Source of the DNA: a virus
Length of the DNA stretch: 33,801 bases
Strand: one strand, 5' to 3'
Virus record (IMG/VR): IMGVR_UViG_3300029130_000029
Span: 1-33,801 of that record
Positions 24,193 to 30,547 of this stretch are shown one piece after another (positions within the stretch are counted from its first letter, which is position 1; every line of letters begins with the position of its first letter). The notes under the pieces were generated by a model that worked only from the letters and a program-made list of their open reading frames with translations, ran no database searches and was not told where the DNA came from. Position numbers and translations under genes: made by a program.

Positions 24193-24267
24193 TGGAGCAC
24201 CAGATAGGGCTTGAACCTATAACCCGCTGCTTACAAGGCAGCCGCTCTACCATTGAGCTACTGGAGC
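24193..24267 (-). tRNA. tRNA-Thr(UGU): tRNA-Thr (anticodon UGU) with encoded CCA
   Basis: Minus strand reads GCTCCAG-TA-GCTC-AATGGTA-GAGC-G-GCTGC-CTTGTAA-GCAGC-GGGTT-ATAGG-TTCAAGC-CCTAT-CTGGTGC-T-CCA. This is a full cloverleaf with one U3-U70 mismatch in the acceptor stem. Confidence 0.85.
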
Positions 24268-24388
24268 AGATCGCCGGGATTAGGGGCCCGGCTCCCCATC
24301 AGGAGGAATGTCAAGGGAAGTCTGTGTTTTACCACACTATCAGTATACACTGTATATGCATCTTATTTCTGCAATGTTTCTGCAAACT

Positions 24389-24829
24389 TTACAGTTCGGT
24401 CAACCCATACCGGCAAAGGGCATATCTCCGGAGGGCTTCGTCCTTATCGTAGTAGATTTGCCGCTCGCTCTCGTTGAACTCCTGGCAAAGCCGCTGTATG
24501 TAGCCGTATTCCCGGCGGATGTAGAACAACTCAAGGATGCGCCGCTGCTTTTCCGTCAGGCAGTCCAGTCCTTTCTCAACCTGGGAGGTCTGCCACTTGA
24601 CTACCGCAAGGTTTGCCGAGAGCGCATCCCGGCGGGAGATTGCGTTAATCAAATGATCTTCCCGGCCGCAGCCACCGCCCTTTACTGGTGTAGCATCGCT
24701 GGTAGCGGACCGAATGCCGTCCATCTGCTCATTGTAGCGGCGGATTTCTTCCGGCAGGCTTTCCAACGACCGGAGCTTATAGCTATGACACTTCAGCTCG
24801 TCAATGCAGATGCGCTTGTAGTCAATCAT
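24389..24829 (-). CDS. Putative late-gene transcriptional activator, sigma-70 region-4-like HTH (ArpU/RinA class)
   Basis: LTEKQRRILELFYIRREYGYIQRLCQEFNESERQIYYDKDEALRR resembles a sigma region-4 HTH. It is the last protein gene before the packaging module. Confidence 0.55.
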   Translation of the reverse strand: MIDYKRICIDELKCHSYKLRSLESLPEEIRRYNEQMDGIRSATSDATPVKGGGCGREDHLINAISRRDALSANLAVVKWQTSQVEKGLDCLTEKQRRILELFYIRREYGYIQRLCQEFNESERQIYYDKDEALRRYALCRYGLTEL

Positions 24830-25161
24830 ATTTCTCCCTCCTCCATCAGCTCTTTATAGCTTATCCCGTTTTTAAGGCCTGGGCTTTCATCGCTGCCTGT
24901 TGCCCGGAAATGGGCCTGCGGGTGGCTGGGGTACATATACTCGATCATGGCAAAGTTGGCGAGGTCAACCAGCCATTCCGTATTTCCAGTTTCCCGGTAC
25001 AGCCGCAGCCGTTCCTCTGCGCTGTCTATCGCCTTGGCCAGCTCCGGGTAGTTTTGGCTTATCCAGCCGTATTTGTAGTGAGATACAATAATCCTGTTCT
25101 GCATGAGGTTTATAAATCCCTTGCTCCAATCCCGCTGGAGGATATCGTTTACATTATCCAT
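24826..25161 (-). CDS. Hypothetical protein (111 aa)
   Basis: Track ORF trimmed to ATG 25161, which follows GGGAGG. Sequence MDNVNDILQRDWSKGFINLMQNRIIVSHYKYGW...WLVDLANFAMIEYMY. Function unknown. Confidence 0.6.
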   Translation of the reverse strand: MDNVNDILQRDWSKGFINLMQNRIIVSHYKYGWISQNYPELAKAIDSAEERLRLYRETGNTEWLVDLANFAMIEYMYPSHPQAHFRATGSDESPGLKNGISYKELMEEGEI

Positions 25162-25423
25162 CTTTGTCCTCCCTGCATTCTCCATAGCTGCAGAAATCGT
25201 CCTCGTGCATCTGCGCACAAAGTATATTCGGCTGCCCCGGTGTTCCATCTCTGTACTTGCAGTCTTTGCATCTGACCACCGGCACAGCATCAACAGATTC
25301 CCCCGCCAGCATCTTCATCCACTCACAGTCGGCAGGCTCACAGTCCATTCCCGGATACATTCTGTCGCAGATACTACAGATAATATCCACTGCAGTTTCA
25401 TTTTTGATGTATGGCTTAATCAT
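25154..25423 (-). CDS. Cys-rich small protein carrying the VVRCKDC motif
   Basis: Start at ATG 25423 or 25429. CSIC, CEPADC, VDAVPVVRCKDCKY and FCSYGEC suggest zinc binding. Confidence 0.6.
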   Translation of the reverse strand: MIKPYIKNETAVDIICSICDRMYPGMDCEPADCEWMKMLAGESVDAVPVVRCKDCKYRDGTPGQPNILCAQMHEDDFCSYGECREDKDG

Positions 25424-26030
25424 AGACATCCCCCTTTTCGTCCATCTTTGCACCACAGTTGGGGCAGAGCATCGTGTTCACAATATATTTGCTTCTGACC
25501 TTGCAAGCGGAACAAGTCCCACACATACAATCTGTAACTAATCTATTTGGCCCAAGCCATTCCCACCGCCCATGCACCACCGGAGCTACATCGGCAACGG
25601 GCATATCAAGAATATCCCCTACATCGACAACTTGAACATAGCCTATGCGAGTGTCGGCGTCCCATGCCTTTTGAAGCAGTGCTTTCCTGTTAATGTATTC
25701 AGCCATTGCCACCCCCTCATCAAGGCCAACACTTCGGCGGAATTCGGCTTTCTCTTCCGGTGTTTTGTAAGGCTCTGCCTCAGAGCAAAATTGAGAACCC
25801 ATTACTTCCCTATTGTAATAATTGCATACCTCAAAATCGTCACCATCATCGTCAACCGATTGGTACCAAGAGCAATCTTTACAGCGTACCACGGAAGCTA
25901 CATCTGCCGTTGGCATATCATGCAATACACAGATTGCTTTAGCCCATGTTCGGCAGTCTTTGTCTTTCCCGTTTACCGCTGCTATTGTCATTGCTTTCTC
26001 CAACGCTTCCCGGTCAATGTATTCAGCCAT
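25416..26030 (-). CDS. Cys-rich protein with internal duplication (AEYI[DN]R[EK]AL ... DMP[TV]ADVA[SP]VV)
   Basis: Track ORF trimmed to ATG 26030, which follows GGGAGG. It has two homologous halves and a C-terminal CMCGTCSACK...LCPNCGAKM zinc ribbon. Confidence 0.65.
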   Translation of the reverse strand: MAEYIDREALEKAMTIAAVNGKDKDCRTWAKAICVLHDMPTADVASVVRCKDCSWYQSVDDDGDDFEVCNYYNREVMGSQFCSEAEPYKTPEEKAEFRRSVGLDEGVAMAEYINRKALLQKAWDADTRIGYVQVVDVGDILDMPVADVAPVVHGRWEWLGPNRLVTDCMCGTCSACKVRSKYIVNTMLCPNCGAKMDEKGDVYD

Positions 26031-26226
26031 TGTAATTCCTCCCATAAAATTTCTCCAAGTCATACTGCGCATTTTTGACAAAATCGGGGCAAGCCAAGCA
26101 TTCCGGTAACGGGTCATCCGTCATTTGGTCAACCCATCCGAGACAGTAGGTGCGGTCTTTCTTACCGTCGTTCCATTCATGGGACGGGCGTCCTCGCTTG
26201 CCCAGCGCACACTTAACAGTTGCCAT
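26023..26226 (-). CDS. Small Cys-containing protein (67 aa)
   Basis: Track ORF trimmed to ATG 26226, which follows GGAGGG. Sequence MATVKCALGKRGRPSHEWNDGKKDRTYCLGW...PECLACPDF. Confidence 0.55.
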   Translation of the reverse strand: MATVKCALGKRGRPSHEWNDGKKDRTYCLGWVDQMTDDPLPECLACPDFVKNAQYDLEKFYGRNYNG

Positions 26227-26431
26227 TGTCAGCCCTCCTATTCCAAAATCCGACCAGCTTGTCAATGTCTTTGCTTCTCGGCGATGCCATAGCGCCAATC
26301 ATGCACCCATCCTTATGCCGAGGATTCCCAACAAGCAAAGCAGTTTCGATATGATCGATCGTTACAGCTTCGATTTTCATGTCGCATCCGCAAAACGGGC
26401 ATGTTTTGAGTTCTCGTTCAGCTTCAGCCAT
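26213..26431 (-). CDS. Lar-family restriction-alleviation-like protein
   Basis: Track ORF trimmed to ATG 26431, which follows GGAGGAG. LKTCPFCGCDMKIE ... KLVGFWNRRADN matches the CPFCG ... WNRRA pattern of the Lar family, as recalled from memory. Confidence 0.55.
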   Translation of the reverse strand: MAEAERELKTCPFCGCDMKIEAVTIDHIETALLVGNPRHKDGCMIGAMASPRSKDIDKLVGFWNRRADNGNC

Positions 26432-26714
26432 CGTTTTCTCCTCCTTCCGGCAGCACCACCAGCCGCCCCTCCTTGTCTGCCTCGGCCAGCTCGCGTAAGC
26501 GGCCATAACCTCCGCCGATGCTGTTCAGCACAGTCATCATTGCGTACCACTCGCCATGCATACTGAGTACTTCTGTCGGCTCCAGCCCTGTGTCCTCGTA
26601 GGCTTTCAGCCGCTCCCACACTTTACGCTGGGAGCACGCGCCGTTATACGGGCACGGAATCTCCCTGCATTGCGCGATGTCGCAGAAGTTCCCCTCAAAT
26701 GTCATTCGTTCCAT
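26424..26714 (-). CDS. Cys-cluster protein (96 aa), unknown function
   Basis: Contains FCDIAQCREIPCPYNGACSQRKVWERLKAYEDTGLEP. Tightly coupled to its neighbours. Confidence 0.6.
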   Translation of the reverse strand: MERMTFEGNFCDIAQCREIPCPYNGACSQRKVWERLKAYEDTGLEPTEVLSMHGEWYAMMTVLNSIGGGYGRLRELAEADKEGRLVVLPEGGENDG

Positions 26715-26845
26715 CGCTCCACCTCCTCTTTCAGTTCGTCATACAACTCGCTGAAGCGCTTGTTCCACATCCTTAGCCCTAAGAAACAGTACACGCCCAA
26801 CACGATCCACAGCCCGCTGGCGATGTTTTGCAACAAATTTTCCAT
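26702..26845 (-). CDS. Small membrane peptide (47 aa), below the ORF-track cutoff
   Basis: ATG 26845 lies 7 nt after GGAGG. Its stop TGA overlaps the next start (ATGGAACGAATGA). Sequence MENLLQNIASGLWIVLGVYCFLGLRMWNKRFSELYDELKEEVERWNE. Confidence 0.45.
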   Translation of the reverse strand: MENLLQNIASGLWIVLGVYCFLGLRMWNKRFSELYDELKEEVERWNE

Positions 26846-26856
26846 CACTCTACCTC

Positions 26857-27051
26857 CTAACATCCAGTCCCAACGCCATAATCGGGATTATTGGTATTCT
26901 TTGCGATTTCGTCTGCGGTCAGCGTATGATTGCTTGCAGTATATGTAACAGGCCCTTTGCACCTGTTCTGACACGCCAAGCACTCACAACAGTTACAGTT
27001 ACTTGTTGTATTCTGACGGAATTCACAAAGATGATTGAAACAGTCCATCAT
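26857..27051 (-). CDS. Highly Cys-rich small protein (64 aa)
   Basis: MMDCFNHLCEFRQNTTSNCNCCECLACQNRCKGP... has ten Cys. Its start overlaps the upstream stop. Confidence 0.55.
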   Translation of the reverse strand: MMDCFNHLCEFRQNTTSNCNCCECLACQNRCKGPVTYTASNHTLTADEIAKNTNNPDYGVGTGC

Positions 27052-27395
27052 TCTACCTCATGCATCCAGAACTTGTAGAGACAGTCAGCGCACGACCGAT
27101 TTGTACAATCCGCGTTTCCATTCCGGTAATTAGCGGAAATGCGTTTGGGGCATATCGCCAAGCACCCGTTTACGAGTTCCGCCTCCGGCCAGTGCTCCAA
27201 AAACACATCTTGCCGTGTCTTTCGCGGATGTGCAGCAGACCAGTCCTCGACCATAGCAACTTGCTCTTTGGCGTCCAGCGTTGACGCACTACTAACCACA
27301 CAGCGCGACTCATTATAAGCAGGACATCCTATACATCCAGCACCAAAACTCTCGCACATTCTGTTGCGTTCCTTAATAAATTTCACAGCATCCAT
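27048..27395 (-). CDS. Cys-rich protein (115 aa), unknown function
   Basis: Track ORF trimmed to ATG 27395, which follows AAGGAGGG. Sequence MDAVKFIKERNRMCESFGAGCIGCPAYNESRC...CTNRSCADCLYKF. Confidence 0.6.
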   Translation of the reverse strand: MDAVKFIKERNRMCESFGAGCIGCPAYNESRCVVSSASTLDAKEQVAMVEDWSAAHPRKTRQDVFLEHWPEAELVNGCLAICPKRISANYRNGNADCTNRSCADCLYKFWMHEVE

Positions 27396-27408
27396 GTTAT
27401 CCCTCCTT

Positions 27409-27756
27409 TTATTTTTGGAACAGTTCCAAAATATCGTTATAGACCTGAATAACAACATCTTTTGCAGCGTCTACGGCATCGTATGTTACATTCTTTGCTA
27501 TGGCCATCTTCACCAAAGTGTCAGACGAAGGGATTAACACGCAAATAAAACACCCAACAAGAAGTACAGCAAGCCCAATCTTTTTCTTTTTTTGACACTT
27601 TTTCTTTACACTTTCATCATAAGTACAATCACTATCAAATCGTCCTGAAATAATAAGGACAAGCCCAATCGCAAAGCCAAGGCCGCCAAATACAAGTTGT
27701 AATCCGTCTGCCAGTTCAATCAGGTAAAACAACCACGGGTTAATTACAGGTTCCAT
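27409..27756 (-). CDS. Two-TM membrane protein, unknown function
   Basis: Hydrophobic helices LQLVFGGLGFAIGLVLIISG and IGLAVLLVGCFICVLI are separated by a Lys-rich loop. Confidence 0.6.
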   Translation of the reverse strand: MEPVINPWLFYLIELADGLQLVFGGLGFAIGLVLIISGRFDSDCTYDESVKKKCQKKKKIGLAVLLVGCFICVLIPSSDTLVKMAIAKNVTYDAVDAAKDVVIQVYNDILELFQK

Positions 27757-27974
27757 CAGTTTATCCCCCCAAAATTCTCAAGATAATAATTCTTTCCGTC
27801 CTGCCAACCCTTGTAATAGGCTGACTGCTCCCGGCGTTCCTGTTCCTCTGCGGTGATCTCCGCCTGGGCCACTTTATCCAACTGATTCCACCTTTCGGCC
27901 GAAATAGCCGATAGAACCATTATGCAGAAAGCAGCTAAGATTATCGTAACTGCCGCTGCCGTCCAGTTCCTCAT
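27756..27974 (-). CDS. Single-TM membrane protein (72 aa)
   Basis: AAAVTIILAAFCIMVLSAI is a TM helix. Start and stop codons overlap on both sides. Confidence 0.55.
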   Translation of the reverse strand: MRNWTAAAVTIILAAFCIMVLSAISAERWNQLDKVAQAEITAEEQERREQSAYYKGWQDGKNYYLENFGGIN

Positions 27975-28615
27975 AACGAATCCCTCCTAAATCCGAAGAA
28001 TGCCTTTATTTGCGGCAGGGTCTCCAGCCTATGGCCATCTACCGTTATCAGCGCTGCGTAGCCCCGGCCTATCCAGCCGTCGTGCCAAATCTCCCTGGCC
28101 TCGTAGTAGTCCACGCTCTCCCGGCGCTCTGTTGTTTTGCCGCAAACCCTTATCTCGATGTCGATTTTCCCATCCCGGCGCTTTATCCAATTCTTGGGAC
28201 GCTTATACTTACCGGATGCCGCCGCATCCTTGTAGCATTGTTTGGAGCAGTACTTTTGTCCCGGCTGTCCGAAATAGTCCTTCCCGCAGTATTCGCATTT
28301 CTTCGGCTCGGCTTTTTTCATACTGCTTTTGCGGGCCCGGATGCTGTCCATGGCCTTTTGGCAGTCTTTGCAATACAGCTGCCGGGTGTTGGTGCTGCCT
28401 ATCGGCCCTCCGCATCTCTTGCAGGGCCGGTTTGGGTCTCTCTTGATTCCATAGCGATACAAGATCGATGCCACAGAGCCGTAATCAAGATCAAGAATTA
28501 AGGCAATCTTCCTGTTGGTCTTGCCCTCCCGCACCAGTTGTTCCAGGAGCTCCGGGTCATTTGATTTAGAACAGCCGATTTTGGCGTTAGGAGACGCTTT
28601 ATCGTATGACATCAT
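27971..28615 (-). CDS. HTH protein with tandem zinc-ribbon motifs, unknown regulator
   Basis: N-terminal HTH-like region (LVREGKTNRKIALILDLDYGSVASILYRYG) followed by CKRCGG...YCKDCQK and CEYCGK...YCSKQCYK. Confidence 0.6.
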   Translation of the reverse strand: MMSYDKASPNAKIGCSKSNDPELLEQLVREGKTNRKIALILDLDYGSVASILYRYGIKRDPNRPCKRCGGPIGSTNTRQLYCKDCQKAMDSIRARKSSMKKAEPKKCEYCGKDYFGQPGQKYCSKQCYKDAAASGKYKRPKNWIKRRDGKIDIEIRVCGKTTERRESVDYYEAREIWHDGWIGRGYAALITVDGHRLETLPQIKAFFGFRRDSL

Positions 28616-28760
28616 AACTCACCACCTTTTCCTGCTCGGCCATCTCTGCGCGCATTTTTATGGCTTTGGTGGCAGCGTTCCAGCGCTTGATAAATTCCTC
28701 GGCACTTTGTCCCTCAAAAACCGGATTCTCCCGCTCTATTTCCGTTCCGCGTTTACCCAT
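28599..28760 (-). CDS. Small hypothetical protein (53 aa), below the ORF-track cutoff
   Basis: ATG 28760 follows GGAGGTAACACA. Its stop TAA 28601-28599 overlaps the start of the next gene. Sequence MGKRGTEIERENPVFEGQSAEEFIKRWNAATKAIKMRAEMAEQEKVVSYDVIR. Confidence 0.4.
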   Translation of the reverse strand: MGKRGTEIERENPVFEGQSAEEFIKRWNAATKAIKMRAEMAEQEKVVSYDVIR

Positions 28761-29101
28761 TGTGTTACCTCCTCTATGTCAATTTCTGTTCTTGGGTTTT
28801 TTGGGTCATATGCCCCACGCAGCCGCAGCTCGACATGGTCAAAGCTATCATCGGCGATTACTCCCCGGTGTACCAGCCCGTCCATCAGCATCTTGCCGTT
28901 GTAGTTGTCGGGGTCGTGCCGGTGCCGGGTCGGGAAGTAGTAAGTTATCGTCACTATCGCCCTGTCCATCGGCTTACACTTGGGGCAGTACGCCAGGAAC
29001 AGCTGCAGCCAGCGCTGTTTTTCCGCTCGGTAGTCCCAGGCGTTCGCCCGCCCGGCGTATTTGTTCAGCGATGGGGGGATTTCTGGGATTGTTATTTTCA
29101 T
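28736..29101 (-). CDS. rusA: RusA-family Holliday junction resolvase
   Basis: IPPSLNKY...ITYYFPTRHRHDPDNYNGKMLMDGLVHRGVIADDS matches the RusA pattern of conserved D, N and D residues. Confidence 0.85.
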   Translation of the reverse strand: MKITIPEIPPSLNKYAGRANAWDYRAEKQRWLQLFLAYCPKCKPMDRAIVTITYYFPTRHRHDPDNYNGKMLMDGLVHRGVIADDSFDHVELRLRGAYDPKNPRTEIDIEEVTQWVNAERK

Positions 29102-29520
29102 GGCGTTCCATCCTTCCGGTAAATAACCAGCATTGATGGGAATGGTGCGCTATTCTTGCTGTTACCAAACTTCAACCGACCTCGGATAAACCTTATTTCC
29201 GCCTTTCCAAGTACAAAATCGTGAAACCATTTGGTGTCCGTTCTTGCTGGCACTAAACAAACCACCGTTGCGCTGCTTTCGTATGCCTTCTTCATCCATT
29301 TCTCAATTCCCCTGCCATAAGGTGGATTGCACCAGCACACTCCTGTCCAGATCTGTTTAAGCCCGTTTTGCTCCGGGGTGTAGAAGCGCTTGCACTTTGC
29401 ATTTTGCTTGATGGCACACACATCTGTTTGAAATCCAAATTCTTCATCAAGCTCATCAAACAAATCTTTCGGTGTTTCCCACATATCCGTAGTGCTTGAA
29501 AAAAGAGCATTGTTTATCAT
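29098..29520 (-). CDS. dam: DNA N6-adenine methyltransferase (phage Dam family)
   Basis: Track ORF trimmed to ATG 29520, which has an ATGA overlap and follows GGAGGAG. WETPKDLFDELDEEFGFQTDVCA and CWCNPPYGR (the NPPY motif) are typical of the phage Dam family. Confidence 0.85.
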   Translation of the reverse strand: MINNALFSSTTDMWETPKDLFDELDEEFGFQTDVCAIKQNAKCKRFYTPEQNGLKQIWTGVCWCNPPYGRGIEKWMKKAYESSATVVCLVPARTDTKWFHDFVLGKAEIRFIRGRLKFGNSKNSAPFPSMLVIYRKDGTP

Positions 29521-29966
29521 GCATTCTCCTCCATCTCCCATCGGATTTTCATTTGAGCTGGGCAAAGATCAACCTCTGGTCGGCGCTTCCCTGTCCAACG
29601 CAAGCCACCAGCCTGACCCACGCACTTCCATCCGCTTGCCTTCAGACTCGTCCCGCTTTCCGTGTCGAGTATGTATGTTACGAGTTTTTTGTAGCCCATT
29701 GCCCTCGCAGCTCTCCAGCAAGCAGCGTAAAGCATAGAGCAGGCGTTTTTTGCACCATCCGTGCAAAGCCTGTTGACCTCAAGCGTCCAACCATCATCAA
29801 GATGCCGTGATACCGGTCTACCGACAATGGCCACGCCTACAATTTTTTCTCCGTCCGTGCAGCCGATGGAAAACTTGTGACCGACAACAGGCTTATGGTG
29901 TCTGTGATGCTGCTCAACAAACGCATTTGCCTCCTTCAGCGTCATTGGGCAAATATCAAGGCTCAT
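29517..29966 (-). CDS. XF1762-family-like protein (GNAT-like fold), unknown function
   Basis: ANAFVEQHHRHHKPVVGHKFSIG...VGVAIVGRPVSRHLDDGWTLEVNRLCTDGAKNACSMLYAA...GYKKLVTYIL matches, from memory, the family annotated XF1762. Confidence 0.6.
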   Translation of the reverse strand: MSLDICPMTLKEANAFVEQHHRHHKPVVGHKFSIGCTDGEKIVGVAIVGRPVSRHLDDGWTLEVNRLCTDGAKNACSMLYAACWRAARAMGYKKLVTYILDTESGTSLKASGWKCVGQAGGLRWTGKRRPEVDLCPAQMKIRWEMEENA

Positions 29967-30547
29967 TTCGCATTCTCCTCCATCGTCCGCTGCGCCAGCT
30001 CTATGTCATAGCTGGGCAGCTGCTTTACCTCGGCCATACCGGCCAGCTTTTCCCGGATATCCGCAGGCAGGGCTTGCATTTTGCGCTCACTCTCCTGCCT
30101 TGCCCGGTAGCTGCGCATAAAGTTGGACTGCACCACGCTCTGCACTGTCCCGGTGTCCATGCTGGCCCATTCCCGCAGCTGGGATGGGTGTCCTACCAAC
30201 CGTTGTAGGTTCTCCGGCAGGGCTGCAAACTCTTTCTCGCTGTTGTAGCCGCTGTTCCGCAGGGCCTTTGCAATCAGCGCCCATGCTTCCCCCTCGGAGA
30301 GTTCCGCCGGTCTGTTGATCTCACCAATAGCGGCTATGATAGCCCCAATGTGTGGAGGGAAGCCCTTGCGGTCGCTGGCAATGTGGGACTTAACCGCCGC
30401 TGCCACAAGGTTAGCCGGGTAGTCTGCCAGCATCTCCGCCCACAGATTTACCACCGCTTCGGCATCCTGCCGCTTCATGTCCCGGTAATAACCGGGGTAT
30501 GCAGCCTTCAAAATCGACATGATTGCAAGTGTTTCAGATCGAGTCAT
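29963..30547 (-). CDS. Replicative helicase loader/inhibitor (SPP1 G39P-like)
   Basis: ILKAAYPGYYRDMKRQDAEAVVNLWAEMLADYPANLVAAAVKSHIASDRKGFPPHIGAII resembles the G39P loader family. It follows the replisome organizer gene. Confidence 0.6.
   Translation of the reverse strand: MTRSETLAIMSILKAAYPGYYRDMKRQDAEAVVNLWAEMLADYPANLVAAAVKSHIASDRKGFPPHIGAIIAAIGEINRPAELSEGEAWALIAKALRNSGYNSEKEFAALPENLQRLVGHPSQLREWASMDTGTVQSVVQSNFMRSYRARQESERKMQALPADIREKLAGMAEVKQLPSYDIELAQRTMEENAK

Noticed and set aside
23940-24200. An 86-aa minus ORF and an 88-aa plus ORF (24186..24452) overlapping the tRNA region
   Set aside because: Both run through a well-folded tRNA-Thr cloverleaf and the terminator hairpin. Neither has an RBS. 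The region is better explained as non-coding leader.
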